Source: Deltaproteobacteria bacterium (GTDB lineage: Bacteria > Desulfobacterota > Binatia > UBA12015). Taken from it: a stretch of DNA of 64,000 nucleotides. The stretch covers positions 32,001 to 96,000 of the forward strand of contig JAYGCM010000069.1 of NCBI GenBank assembly GCA_046583355.1, in the 5' to 3' direction. Both the position numbers and the translations under genes were made by a program. The notes beneath the pieces are model-generated. The model made no database searches and was not told where the DNA came from. It saw only the letters and a program-made list of their open reading frames with translations. This document shows positions 19,234-29,516 of the stretch, one piece after another; position 1 is the stretch's first letter, and each line of letters begins with the position of its first letter.

Positions 19234-22098
19234 ATGGCACGTGGCAAGAAAATCGCAAAACGCAAAAGCACGCCCAGGAAGACTGTGGCGGCTGCAAAAA
19301 CCAAGCAGGTAAAGACGACGACGGCGAAGAAAAAGCCCGTCGCGAAGACCGCAAAACGCGTTGCGAAGAAAAAGGCAGCCAAGGCAAAGGGCGTTCAATA
19401 CGTCTATTCCTTTGGTGGTGGCCGTGCTGACGGCAACGCCACGCAGAAGAATCTGCTCGGCGGCAAAGGTGCGAACCTGGCCGAGATGGCCTCGCTTGGC
19501 CTGCCCGTACCTCCTGGTTTCTCGATCTCGACCGAGCTCTGCACCTGGTATTATGACCACGGTCGTAAATACCCGAATTCGCTCGACGAGCAGGCCCGCA
19601 AGGCGGTCCGCAGGGTCGAGAAAATCATGGGCAAGAAATTCGGCGATCCGGCCGACCCGCTTTTGGTCTCGGTTCGTTCCGGCGCCCGCGTCTCGATGCC
19701 GGGCATGATGGATACCGTCCTCAACCTCGGCCTGAATGATGTCACCGTGGCCGGTCTCGCCGCGAGTTCCGGCAACGAGCGCTTCGCGTGGGATTCCTAC
19801 CGCCGCTTTGTGCAGATGTACGGCAATGTCGTCCTCGGCATGAAGCCCGAAAGCAAGATCGAAATCGATCCCTTCGAGGCGCTCATTGAAGCCAAGAAGG
19901 AAGCGCGCGGCACCGAGGAAGATCTCGACCTCACTACGCAGGATCTTCGCGAGCTCGTCGTTGAGTTCAAGGCAATGGTCAAGAAGAGCACCGGCCGCAC
20001 CTTCCCCGACGACCCCTGGGAGCAGCTCTGGGGCGCGGTCGGCGCGGTGTTCGGTTCGTGGATGAACGACCGCGCCATCACCTACCGCCGGCTCTACAAT
20101 ATTCCGGCGAGTTGGGGCACGGCCGTCAACGTCCAGGCAATGGTCTTCGGCAACCTCGGTGACGATTGCGCCACCGGCGTCGCGTTTACCCGCGACCCGG
20201 GCAACGGTGAGAAGGCCTTCTACGGTGAATTCCTGATCAACGCGCAGGGCGAAGACGTCGTTGCGGGTACTCGTACGCCGCAAAAGGCGACGTTGGTTGC
20301 CTCACGCGTGGTCGCCAAGGCCGGCGGCATGACGGAGGCGCAGCGCCGCAAGAAGATGCCGTCTCTCGAAGAGCTGATGCCCAAGGCGTTCAAGCAACTC
20401 CTCAAGATCGCGCGTACGCTCGAGAAGCATTACCGCGATATGCAGGATATCGAGTTCACCATCGAGCGCGACCGCCTCTTCATGTTGCAGACCCGCAACG
20501 GCAAGCGCACGGCTTCCGCGGCGCTGAAAATCGCATGCGATATGGTCAAGGAGAAATTGATCGATCCCAATACCGCTGTGCTGCGAGTCGAGCCCTCAGC
20601 GCTCGATGCTTTGCTGCACCCGCAGGTCGATCCGAAGGCCCCAAAAGATCTGCTCGCCAAGGGCCTGCCCGCCTCGCCGGGCGCGGCGGCTGGCGAGATC
20701 GTCTTCAACGCCGACGACGCCGCCGATGCAGCCAAGGACGGTCGCAAGACGATCCTGGTCCGCATCGAGACCTCGCCGGAAGATATTCATGGCATGCACG
20801 CCGCGGAGGGGATCCTCACGGCGCGTGGCGGCGCGACTTCGCATGCCGCCGTCGTCGGCCGCGGCATGGGCAAGCCGTGCGTTGTGGGCTGCGCCGCTTT
20901 GCGCATCAATTATGTCGACGAGACCATGCGCGTGGGCAAGCGCACGTTGCGTGCGGGCGATTCGATCACCCTGGATGGGGCGACCGGCGAGATCTTCGTC
21001 GGACTCGTGCCTACGGTTGAGGCGGAGCTTACGGGAGACTTCGGCAAGCTGATGAAATGGGCCGACAAGGCACGCACGATGGATGTGCGCGCCAACGCCG
21101 ACACCCCGCATGATGCGCAGGTGGCGCGTGAGTTCGGTGCCGAGGGCATCGGCCTATGCCGCACCGAGCATATGTTCTTCGAAGGCGACCGCATCGACGC
21201 GGTGCGTGAGATGATCCTCGCGGACGACGAAGCGGGCCGCCGCAAGGCGCTGGCCCGTATTCTGCCGATGCAGAAAAAGGATTTCATCGGCATTTTCCGT
21301 GCGATGGCCGGCCTGCCGGTCACCGTCCGTCTCCTCGACCCGCCGCTGCATGAGTTCCTGCCGCATACCGACAAAGAGACCAACGAGTTGGCTCGCAAGA
21401 TCGGCGTTGCGCCGAAGGCATTGCGCGAGAAGCGCGATAGCCTGCATGAACTGAACCCGATGCTCGGCCACCGCGGTTGTCGCCTCGGCATCACCTTCCC
21501 GGAGATCTACGAAATCCAGGTGCGTGCCATCATGGAGGCCGCCTGCGAACTCTCGCGTGAGAAGGTCAAGGTCATTCCCGAGATCATGATCCCCTTGGTC
21601 GGGGTCGACACGGAGCTTTCGCGCCTGCGGGCGTTGGCGATTTCCGTGGCTGAGGAGGTCAAGAAGGAATATCGCGCCAAGGTCAAATACACCGTGGGTA
21701 CAATGATCGAGGTGCCACGCGCCGCGATCACGGCGGGTGCGATTGCCGAACACGCGGACTTCTTCTCTTTTGGCACGAACGACCTCACGCAAATGACGAT
21801 GGGACTCTCGCGCGACGACGCGGGCAAGTTCCTGCCCTATTATGTGGAGACGGGCGTGTTGGAGAGCGATCCCTTTGTGTCGCTGGATCAGACCGGCGTC
21901 GGCTTCCTTGTTGAGCATGCCGTGCGGGTCGCCCGCAAGGTCAAGAAGGGTTTGAAATGTGGTATTTGCGGCGAGCATGGCGGCGATCCCTCTTCGGTGA
22001 TCTTCTGCCATAAGGTCGGTCTGGATTATGTGTCCTGCTCGCCCTTCCGCGTGCCGGTTGCGCGGCTCGCAGCGGCGCATGCCGCTTTGGGTGCTTAG
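19234..22098 (+). CDS. ppdK: Pyruvate, phosphate dikinase with Lys/Ala-rich N-terminal extension
   Basis: [25 protein letters not shown] (catalytic His), [10 protein letters not shown] and CGEHGG motifs. Confidence 0.98.
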   Translation: MARGKKIAKRKSTPRKTVAAAKTKQVKTTTAKKKPVAKTAKRVAKKKAAKAKGVQYVYSFGGGRADGNATQKNLLGGKGANLAEMASLGLPVPPGFSISTELCTWYYDHGRKYPNSLDEQARKAVRRVEKIMGKKFGDPADPLLVSVRSGARVSMPGMMDTVLNLGLNDVTVAGLAASSGNERFAWDSYRRFVQMYGNVVLGMKPESKIEIDPFEALIEAKKEARGTEEDLDLTTQDLRELVVEFKAMVKKSTGRTFPDDPWEQLWGAVGAVFGSWMNDRAITYRRLYNIPASWGTAVNVQAMVFGNLGDDCATGVAFTRDPGNGEKAFYGEFLINAQGEDVVAGTRTPQKATLVASRVVAKAGGMTEAQRRKKMPSLEELMPKAFKQLLKIARTLEKHYRDMQDIEFTIERDRLFMLQTRNGKRTASAALKIACDMVKEKLIDPNTAVLRVEPSALDALLHPQVDPKAPKDLLAKGLPASPGAAAGEIVFNADDAADAAKDGRKTILVRIETSPEDIHGMHAAEGILTARGGATSHAAVVGRGMGKPCVVGCAALRINYVDETMRVGKRTLRAGDSITLDGATGEIFVGLVPTVEAELTGDFGKLMKWADKARTMDVRANADTPHDAQVAREFGAEGIGLCRTEHMFFEGDRIDAVREMILADDEAGRRKALARILPMQKKDFIGIFRAMAGLPVTVRLLDPPLHEFLPHTDKETNELARKIGVAPKALREKRDSLHELNPMLGHRGCRLGITFPEIYEIQVRAIMEAACELSREKVKVIPEIMIPLVGVDTELSRLRALAISVAEEVKKEYRAKVKYTVGTMIEVPRAAITAGAIAEHADFFSFGTNDLTQMTMGLSRDDAGKFLPYYVETGVLESDPFVSLDQTGVGFLVEHAVRVARKVKKGLKCGICGEHGGDPSSVIFCHKVGLDYVSCSPFRVPVARLAAAHAALGA

Positions 22099-22103
22099 CG
22101 CTA

Positions 22104-22132
22104 TTGACAAGCGTTCGGAATGGGCGCATTGT
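22104..22132 (+). promoter_or_regulatory. sigma70-type promoter immediately after the ppdK stop
   Basis: Perfect TTGACA, 17-nt spacer, weak -10 CATTGT. Confidence 0.5.
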
Positions 22133-22138
22133 GGGGGC

Positions 22139-22397
22139 GAACCAAAAGAGCGGGGACGGTGAGGTCCCCCTAAACCCTCAACCGGAGGTAGAGCACATTT
22201 GATGAGCAATACTCTGGACGATCCACCGGGCTATTAACGGTGCTTCGAGCCTGGTCGTAAAACACCCGTTGGAAGTGCCAAGCCAGGGCCGCGTAAGGCG
22301 GTCCAACAAAAAATATTTCCCGATTACACTTCGGGACGGCGTGACGATGGTCACGCCTGAGAGCCTGCCGGCTTTGATCGGCAGGCTCTCTTTTTTT
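22139..22397 (+). ncRNA. Candidate structured ncRNA or regulatory leader, family not recognised
   Basis: Lies between a promoter and an intrinsic terminator; about seven consecutive stems; no long ORF. Confidence 0.55.
22359..22397 (+). terminator. Rho-independent terminator
   Basis: GAGAGCCTGCCG-8 nt-CGGCAGGCTCTC followed by T7. Confidence 0.9.
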
Positions 22398-22492
22398 CAG
22401 CCGGCCGACCCCTTCCGTTCGGCTGCGTGCGAGAGCGGGCGGTTGGAGTTTCGCTTCTTGTGTTCGCTCGTCGCATGCGCGAAAGGAGAAGA

Positions 22493-24655
22493 GTGATCAT
22501 CAGGGAACCATTCGGGGTGCGTGGGTGTCGCGGCGCGATGCCTGCGCTGATGGTAGTTTTCGCCAGCCTGCTGCTCGCCGCCTGCGGCGGCGGCGGTGCG
22601 GAGGGTCCCGAGGTCGCGCTACCGGGGCCGCCTGCAGGGCCCGACGGGACCGTCCTTTCGCAACCACGCGATTGCGGCCAATTGCTCGATGCCCTGGTCG
22701 CCGATGGCACGGCAAAAATCGCGGTTCAGGCGGAAAACCTGCGCACGGACCAGGCCAATCGCGGCGTCACCTTCGGCGGTGGGCCGCTGCCGGCTACGCC
22801 CGAATTGGGCAGTGACGGGGCTGACGGCGGGTTGAGTGAAACCAATGTCCAGACAGCCGGCGTAGATGAGGCCGATACCGTCGAGACCGAAGACGGCTGG
22901 ATTCATATCCTGCATGGCAACGAATTTGTCTCGTTTGCGGTGGAAGCCCCAGCTTGGCTGGCGCAGGTCAGCCGTGTCGCGATTCAAGGAGATCCGATTT
23001 CCATGTTCGTCGTGGCTGGCCGCGCGGTGATCTTCTCCGCGATCCGGGATCAGGACGAGGAGTTCGGAGCGTCGCGTGATCTCTGCGGCGGCCTCGGCCG
23101 GCCCTTCCCGGAGCCTCTATTGGTCGATGCCGAGTTCGGCATGGTGGCCTGTGTCCCGAGTTATACGAAAGTGACGGTGCTCGACCTTACGGCAAACTCG
23201 CCCACTGTGGTGCGCGAGTTTGCGCTGCAGGGGTCGTTTGCTGCGGCGCGGCGCCACGGCTCGCTGGTGCGGCTCGCGGTTTCGGGTGGTCTGGGGATTC
23301 CGGCGACGCTGCCGGATTTCTGGCAGAGCTTTTGGAGCGGCCCGCAGCCAGAACAAGGGGAGGCCGCCTTTGCTGCTCTGGTGGACGCCTGGGAGGCGGA
23401 GGCCATCTCTGCCATCGAGAGATCGACCCTCGACGATTGGCTGCCGGCAGGCTTCGAGCGTATTGGTGGCCGTGCCAGTGAGTGGTCGCGCTTGCCGCCG
23501 GCCTGCGACCAGGTCTCGGTTCCCGAGGCCGGGCTTGCCGACCACGGCATGACACGCCTCTTCTCGTTTGATCTCAGCGAAGATACCGGCGCGGTCGCCG
23601 ATATGCGGATCCTCGGCTACGCGGCGCGGCTCTACGCGGGTACGGAGTACCTGCTGCTGGCACAGGAAGAATGGGGCTGGCGCTCGCGCGAACCCGCGCA
23701 CGATCGCACGCTCCTGCATCTTTTCCGCATCGCCGAAGGCGCACCCGCATTGGCGTATGTGGCGTCGTCTTTCGTCTCCGGCGTACCGCATGACCAATTC
23801 TCATTTGATATCGCAGACGATGTGCTGCGCGTCTCGACGACTACCCGGACGATGGACGCATCGCCGGGCCTCCCCGGCGATGCGTCCATCACCAACGCCG
23901 TATCTACTTTGCGGATCGGCGCGGATTCGCTGGCGCCTTTGGGCACGACGGGGCCGCTGGCTCCGGGCGAACAGATCTTCGCCACCCGTTTCCTCGGCGA
24001 TACCGGCTACCTCGTCACCTTTCGCCGGATCGACCCGCTCTTCGTGATCGACCTCTCGGATCCGGCCAATCCGACGGTGCTTGGCGAACTCGAACTGCCC
24101 GGGTTCAGCGATTATATCCACCCGCTCGGCGACGACCATCTTCTGACGGTCGGCCGCGCCGGCACGGCGGCGGGCAATCTCGAGGGTGTGGCTTTGCGCG
24201 TCTTCGATGTCTCCGACCCGACCGACCCGCGGCTGCGTGCGGAGTTCGTGCCCGAGGGCAGCAGCTGGACGGCGGCCAGCAACGACCATCATCTCTTCAC
24301 CTTCCGCGCGTCCGACGGCTTGCTCGCCTTGCCGATCGAGGGTTCGTTTCCGGATTGGTCATCCAGCTTGCATCTCTTCGCGATCAAGGAAGACGGCATC
24401 CTGGGACTCGGCCGGATTCTGCACCATTGGCAAGACGATTTCGGCTGCACGGCTACCTCGCCGACTCCGCCCGACTCCTGCCGACGTCCCCCCCCGATGA
24501 TGCGTCGCGGTCTTTTCGGCACGGATATCGTCTATTCGCTCAGCGTGGCCGCTCTGGAAGCTCACGATATCGCCAACCTCGAAACTCCCATCGCCCGAGT
24601 CTACCTGAATGACCCCTGGGCCCGCGCCGCCTCGCCCGCTGGACTCCTTGACTGA
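22493..24655 (+). CDS. Secreted beta-propeller-domain lipoprotein
   Basis: AAGGAG RBS; lipobox LLAAC; SETNVQTAGVDEADTV, GYLVTFRRIDPLFVIDLSDP and PGFSDYIHP motifs. Confidence 0.8.
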   Translation: MIIREPFGVRGCRGAMPALMVVFASLLLAACGGGGAEGPEVALPGPPAGPDGTVLSQPRDCGQLLDALVADGTAKIAVQAENLRTDQANRGVTFGGGPLPATPELGSDGADGGLSETNVQTAGVDEADTVETEDGWIHILHGNEFVSFAVEAPAWLAQVSRVAIQGDPISMFVVAGRAVIFSAIRDQDEEFGASRDLCGGLGRPFPEPLLVDAEFGMVACVPSYTKVTVLDLTANSPTVVREFALQGSFAAARRHGSLVRLAVSGGLGIPATLPDFWQSFWSGPQPEQGEAAFAALVDAWEAEAISAIERSTLDDWLPAGFERIGGRASEWSRLPPACDQVSVPEAGLADHGMTRLFSFDLSEDTGAVADMRILGYAARLYAGTEYLLLAQEEWGWRSREPAHDRTLLHLFRIAEGAPALAYVASSFVSGVPHDQFSFDIADDVLRVSTTTRTMDASPGLPGDASITNAVSTLRIGADSLAPLGTTGPLAPGEQIFATRFLGDTGYLVTFRRIDPLFVIDLSDPANPTVLGELELPGFSDYIHPLGDDHLLTVGRAGTAAGNLEGVALRVFDVSDPTDPRLRAEFVPEGSSWTAASNDHHLFTFRASDGLLALPIEGSFPDWSSSLHLFAIKEDGILGLGRILHHWQDDFGCTATSPTPPDSCRRPPPMMRRGLFGTDIVYSLSVAALEAHDIANLETPIARVYLNDPWARAASPAGLLD

Positions 24656-24724
24656 TTCGGGTCCCTTTTCGGCCGCACCGTCAACGCTGACAACCGGGGA
24701 CGGAATTCGCTAGGGTGCCGGGCG

Positions 24725-25600
24725 ATGTCTGTGCCCAAGGTACCTGTTTCGGGTGGAACCCGAGTGGTCGGGATTATTGGCGATCCCGTGGAGCATTCGC
24801 GTTCGCCCGCGATGCATAATGCGGCGTTTCGCGCGCTCGACCTGCCGTGGGTTTACGTTCCCTTTCCGGTTTACGGGCGCAGCGTCGGGGCGGCCATTCG
24901 CGGCGTGCGCGCGCTTGGGCTGGCCGGGCTCAATGTGACGCTTCCGCATAAAGAAGCCGTGCTGCGCCATTTGGACGAACTTACCGAGACCGCGCGCGCC
25001 TGTCAGGCTGTCAATACTATCATCAACCGCCGCGGCACTCTGGTTGGAGACAATACCGATGCGCCCGGATTGACGCGCGACCTGACCGATATCGGCATTC
25101 CCGAAAAGGTCGATATGGCTGTGGTTCTCGGCGCTGGAGGGGCGGCACGCGCTGCCGCCGTCGCCTTGACCAAACGTGCGCGTCGCGTCGTGATCGCGGC
25201 GCGTCGTTCGCCACGGGCGCGCGCACTCGCACGCGATATGAACAAGATTTCGCATGTGCCGGTGAGCGGCGTGCCTTTGTCCGAGTTGGCGCCTGGAGAG
25301 CCCAGCGCGGCCGACCATCTGGGCGGCGCTTCGTTGGTCATCAATGCGACCTCGGTGGGGATGGATGGCGAGGAGTTCTTCCCGCTGGATGTCGCGGCGA
25401 CACCGCGCACCTGTCGTTTCTACGACCTGATCTACACCCAGAAGCGCACGCCATTTCTGGAGTTGGCAGCCAAGAGCCGCCGGCCGACTTCCAACGGTCT
25501 TGGCATGCTCCTGCATCAGGGAGCCCTCGCCTTTACCTTGTGGACCGGAGAGGAAGCGCCGCTGGATGTGATGCGCCGTGCTCTGCGCAGCGCCGAATGA
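24725..25600 (+). CDS. aroE: Shikimate dehydrogenase
   Basis: HSRSPAMHN, NVTLPHK, GDNTD, GAGGAARA, INATSVGM and GLGMLLHQG motifs. Confidence 0.95.
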   Translation: MSVPKVPVSGGTRVVGIIGDPVEHSRSPAMHNAAFRALDLPWVYVPFPVYGRSVGAAIRGVRALGLAGLNVTLPHKEAVLRHLDELTETARACQAVNTIINRRGTLVGDNTDAPGLTRDLTDIGIPEKVDMAVVLGAGGAARAAAVALTKRARRVVIAARRSPRARALARDMNKISHVPVSGVPLSELAPGEPSAADHLGGASLVINATSVGMDGEEFFPLDVAATPRTCRFYDLIYTQKRTPFLELAAKSRRPTSNGLGMLLHQGALAFTLWTGEEAPLDVMRRALRSAE

Positions 25601-27426
25601 GCGAATTCCGCGGCGGTGGCCGTGGCCGCGGCGGCGCCGGCGGCGGTGCTGCACGCGGCCGTCCGCAGCGCCGAGAGGCCGGTCCGCCGCCAAGCGAAGA
25701 TCTGGGTGAGTCGCTGCGCGCCCTCGATGGGCGCTCCTATGGCGAGTACAAATGCCTGGCGCGACGCGCCTGGCCGCTCGGGGCTTTTCAACTCACGCTC
25801 GAGCATGTCCAGGGCGATCCCTTTGCCGCGCCGAGCCGTGTTCTTCTGGAGGTGCCGGCGCTTGTGCCGGGGCTGGCCGCTTGGGCCTATTCGACCCGCG
25901 ATCAGCGCCGCGCCACGGCCGATTTTCTGCACCGCGCACTGCTCCGTGTGTTGGCGGACGAGGGGCCACGCAGCGGCCACGGCGGCGGCGTCCGGATCAC
26001 GATTGCGGCGCTCGGTCAGGAGATTCTCGAGCGTAGCGCTGTGGTGGTGCTGCCCGATGGTGCCTGCCGCATCCGCCTGTCGGTCGGCCTGCCGGCTGCG
26101 GGGCGGCGGATTCTCGGTCGCGCGGCAGCCGAGTTGTTGTTGCGCCGCATGCCCGAAGCGCTTCAGGCCGCGGTTGCCGCAGGGGCCTTTGCCGAGTCGG
26201 AATTGCGCCGGCAGGTAGAGGTCGTTGAGGATCAGGTTGCCTTGCGTGCGGCGTTGGAGGCGCGCGGGCTGGTCGCCTTTTTGGCCGACGATGCACTTCT
26301 GCCGCGCGCCAGCGGTGTCGATGATCGCCCTCTCGCCGGCGGTCTGCCTCTGCATGCGCCTGCGCCGCTGGCCGTCGAGCTCGACGCACCGAATGCCGGT
26401 CGCCTGCGTGGCCTCGGTATCCGGCGCGGCGTGACTCTGGTGGTCGGCGGTGGCTACCACGGAAAATCAACGCTTCTCGAGGCGCTGGCACGCTCGGTTT
26501 ACGACCATATTCCTGGCGATGGTCGGGAATTTTGTGTGACCAACGAGGCGACCGTTTGCGTGCGCGCCGAAGACGGCCGCGCCGTGCATGGGGTCGATTT
26601 GCGTCCCTTTATCCACGATCTGCCGCTCGGGCGCGATGCGGCAGATTTTTCCAGCGAGGACGCCTCGGGCTCTACCTCGCAGGCCGCGGCGATCGTCGAG
26701 GCGTTGGAGGCGGGCGCGCGCGTTCTGCTGATCGACGAAGATACCGCCGCGACGAATTTCATGATTCGGGATGCGCGTATGCGCCGCCTGGTGCCGGCGG
26801 GTAGCGAGCCGATTACGCCCTTCATCGACCGCGTCCGGCAACTCGCAGAAGAGCAGGGCATCGCCTCGGTTCTGGTGGTCGGCGGTGCTGGCGATTATCT
26901 CGATGTCGCCGATACGGTGGTGCGCATGGAGATCTACGCGCCCGCCGATGTCAGTGAAGAGGCCGCTGCCGTGCGAGCGGCGTTGCCTCTCGGCACCGAC
27001 GCAAGGCCGCAGGCTCCGGGGCCCTGGCCGCAGCCAGCACCGCGCATTCCGGTTCCTGATTCGTTTGACCCCGGCCGCGGTCCGCGCGGCGAGCGCGTGC
27101 GTGCCCGCTCTGTGCGCGGGATTGAGTTCGGCCGCGAGGAGATCGACCTCTCCTTGGTTGCTCAATTGGTCGATGCGGCGCAATGCCGGTGGATCGGCGA
27201 CCAGCTCCTCGATCTCAGCCGCGGACGTTGTGATGGCGCGGCGAGCATCGAAGAGTTGCTCGACGGCATCGAGGCCCGGCTGCGCGAGGGCGGTATTGAG
27301 GCCGTGATCGAGCCGGGTTGGGGCGACCGCGCCGTAGCGCGTCGTTTCGAGGTCGCCACGGCGATCAATCGGCTGCGCACGCTGCGCTGCCGGAGCACGG
27401 CCTCGCCTCGCCTCCCGTCGACTTGA
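25597..27426 (+). CDS. Predicted ATPase of the ABC class (ABC_ATPase/MRB1590-like)
   Basis: HVQGDPFAAPS, GGGYHGKSTLL, ASGSTSQAA and LIDEDTAATNFMIRD motifs. Confidence 0.85.
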   Translation: MSEFRGGGRGRGGAGGGAARGRPQRREAGPPPSEDLGESLRALDGRSYGEYKCLARRAWPLGAFQLTLEHVQGDPFAAPSRVLLEVPALVPGLAAWAYSTRDQRRATADFLHRALLRVLADEGPRSGHGGGVRITIAALGQEILERSAVVVLPDGACRIRLSVGLPAAGRRILGRAAAELLLRRMPEALQAAVAAGAFAESELRRQVEVVEDQVALRAALEARGLVAFLADDALLPRASGVDDRPLAGGLPLHAPAPLAVELDAPNAGRLRGLGIRRGVTLVVGGGYHGKSTLLEALARSVYDHIPGDGREFCVTNEATVCVRAEDGRAVHGVDLRPFIHDLPLGRDAADFSSEDASGSTSQAAAIVEALEAGARVLLIDEDTAATNFMIRDARMRRLVPAGSEPITPFIDRVRQLAEEQGIASVLVVGGAGDYLDVADTVVRMEIYAPADVSEEAAAVRAALPLGTDARPQAPGPWPQPAPRIPVPDSFDPGRGPRGERVRARSVRGIEFGREEIDLSLVAQLVDAAQCRWIGDQLLDLSRGRCDGAASIEELLDGIEARLREGGIEAVIEPGWGDRAVARRFEVATAINRLRTLRCRSTASPRLPST

Positions 27427-27549
27427 GGGCCGGAACCCGGCGAGTGGGCCCCCAGCCGGCCCGCAGCCGTGGGGTGGACCCGTAGCCTATGGGGTGGCTG
27501 CCATAGACGCCCCGCTAGCCGGTGCTCTAGCCTCCCGAAGCAGTGGATT

Positions 27550-27576
27550 TAAGAAGGGCGGGCCGATTGCCGATAT
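27550..27576 (+). promoter_or_regulatory. sigma28 (FliA)-type promoter upstream of pilB
   Basis: TAAG-N15-GCCGATAT versus consensus TAAA-N15-GCCGATAA. Confidence 0.6.
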
Positions 27577-27666
27577 CAGGAGTGGATCGAAGGGGTTCTG
27601 CCGCGAGGCGTGCGTCGCGCGGTATAGCGCCGCCCACGGCTCGGGCGAGTTTGCGAGGAGGATGGG

Positions 27667-29421
27667 TTGGGGAGCGTAGAGGCATTGGTGCGACGACAGC
27701 CGGGTGGTGAGCGGAATCCGCAACCCGCCACGAGCCGAATTGGCGAGCTGCTGCTCAGGCGGGGTGTGATCTCGGCGGGCGATCTGCGTCTGGCGCAATC
27801 GCGTCTACGTGAGTCGGGCGGAGCGCTGACCAGCCATATCGTCAAACATTGCGAAATCTCGGAGTCGGAGCTGCTCACCGTCTTGCAGGAAGAATACCAC
27901 CTGCCGGTCGTCGATCCCGCAGCCCTCGACCTTCTCCCCGAGGTCATCGAGATTCTGCCGGCCTCCCTGGTCGCCAAATTCCATGTCGTGCCGGTGAATC
28001 TCAGCCGCACGACGCTCACGCTGGCGATGGCGGACCCGTCGAATCTGGTTGCCATCAACGAGGTGAAATTCCTCACCGGCTTCGATGTGCGGGCGGCGAT
28101 CGGCAGCCCGACCTCGATCGAGCGAGCCATCGAGCGCCATTATGAGCAACACGTCAACTACGGCGACGTTCTCTCCGAGCTTGGCGATGACGAGATGGAG
28201 GTCGTCCGCGCGGAGGAGGACCTCGACCTCAAGCAGTTGGAGCGCGCGACCGAGGAAGCCCCGGTCGTCAAGTTGGTCAACGCCCTGCTATCGGATGCCA
28301 TCAAGAAGCGCGCTTCCGATATCCATATCGAACCCTACGAAAAATCATTGCGCGTCCGCTTTCGCGTCGACGGTGTTCTGCAGGAAATCATGCAGCCGCC
28401 GCTCAAGCTGAAGAACGCCATCACCTCGCGCATCAAGGTCATGGCCTCGCTCGATATCGCCGAACGCCGCATGCCGCAGGACGGCCGCATCAAGGTGAAG
28501 ATCGCCAACGGACGCGAGATCGACCTGCGCGTCTCCACATTGCCGACGCTTTTCGGCGAAAAAGTAGTGCTGCGGATCCTCGACAAGGGTGGTGTGCAGC
28601 TCAACCTCGAGAAGCTGGGCTTCAACGGCATCTCGCTGGAACATTTTCAGGAAGCGATCGCCAAGCCCTACGGCATGATTCTCGTCACGGGCCCGACCGG
28701 CTCGGGCAAGACGACCACGCTCTACGCCGCGCTATCGCAGCTCAATACGGCGGATACGAATATTTCGACCGCGGAAGACCCCGTCGAATACAATCTGCCG
28801 GGCATCAATCAGTTGCAGACGCACGACGATATCGGGCTGAACTTCGCGGTCGCCTTGCGCTCTTTTTTGCGCCAGGACCCGGACGTCATCATGGTGGGTG
28901 AGATCCGCGATTTCGAGACCGCGGAGATCTCCGTCAAGGCAGCCTTGACGGGACATTTGGTCTTCTCGACCGTGCATACCAACGACGCGCCCTCGACCGT
29001 GAACCGGCTCCTCAATATGGGCATCGAGCCCTTCCTGATCGCCTCGTCGGTGAACCTCATCATGGCCCAGCGGCTGGCGCGCAGTGTCTGCGCCAAATGC
29101 AAGGAACCGCAGGAACTCCCTGCGCAGGCTCTGATCGATCTCGGTCTGCCGCCAGAAGAGGCCCAGCCGATTACCGTACAGCGTGGCAAGGGGTGTCCCC
29201 ATTGTGGCGATACGGGTTACCGGGGCCGCACGGCACTCTATGAAGTCATGCGGATGACCGACGCGATGCGCGAGTTGGTGCTCGCCGGCGGATCGGCGAC
29301 CGAGCTCAAGCAGCAGGCGGTGGCCGACGGCATGATCTCGCTGCGCCAGGCCGGTATCGAGAAGATTCGCCAGGGTCTGACGACCGTCGAAGAGGTCATG
29401 CGCGTTACCATGGCCGATTAG
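27667..29421 (+). CDS. pilB: Type IVa pilus extension ATPase PilB
   Basis: ASDIHIEP, GPTGSGKTTT, LRQDPD and HLVFSTVHTN motifs, tetracysteine motif; exact start uncertain. Confidence 0.96.
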   Translation: MGSVEALVRRQPGGERNPQPATSRIGELLLRRGVISAGDLRLAQSRLRESGGALTSHIVKHCEISESELLTVLQEEYHLPVVDPAALDLLPEVIEILPASLVAKFHVVPVNLSRTTLTLAMADPSNLVAINEVKFLTGFDVRAAIGSPTSIERAIERHYEQHVNYGDVLSELGDDEMEVVRAEEDLDLKQLERATEEAPVVKLVNALLSDAIKKRASDIHIEPYEKSLRVRFRVDGVLQEIMQPPLKLKNAITSRIKVMASLDIAERRMPQDGRIKVKIANGREIDLRVSTLPTLFGEKVVLRILDKGGVQLNLEKLGFNGISLEHFQEAIAKPYGMILVTGPTGSGKTTTLYAALSQLNTADTNISTAEDPVEYNLPGINQLQTHDDIGLNFAVALRSFLRQDPDVIMVGEIRDFETAEISVKAALTGHLVFSTVHTNDAPSTVNRLLNMGIEPFLIASSVNLIMAQRLARSVCAKCKEPQELPAQALIDLGLPPEEAQPITVQRGKGCPHCGDTGYRGRTALYEVMRMTDAMRELVLAGGSATELKQQAVADGMISLRQAGIEKIRQGLTTVEEVMRVTMAD

Positions 29422-29516
29422 ATTTCCGGCCTTGCCGCAGCGCTGTCGCGCTGGTGTTGCGGGCCTTTGTGTTGCGCGATGTTGCGCCGGTAACTTTTCG
29501 TTGCACCGTCGGTATT

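Noticed and set aside
19018..22209. Long antisense ORFs opposite ppdK (similarly opposite glyQS, pilT and pilC)
   Set aside because: Shadow frames of conserved high-GC genes
22139..22397. SAM-I, c-di-AMP, TPP or cobalamin riboswitch, T-box, hammerhead, tmRNA or 6S RNA
   Set aside because: Only short fragments resemble each family; the required core motifs are missing or out of order by eye. A cmscan is still needed
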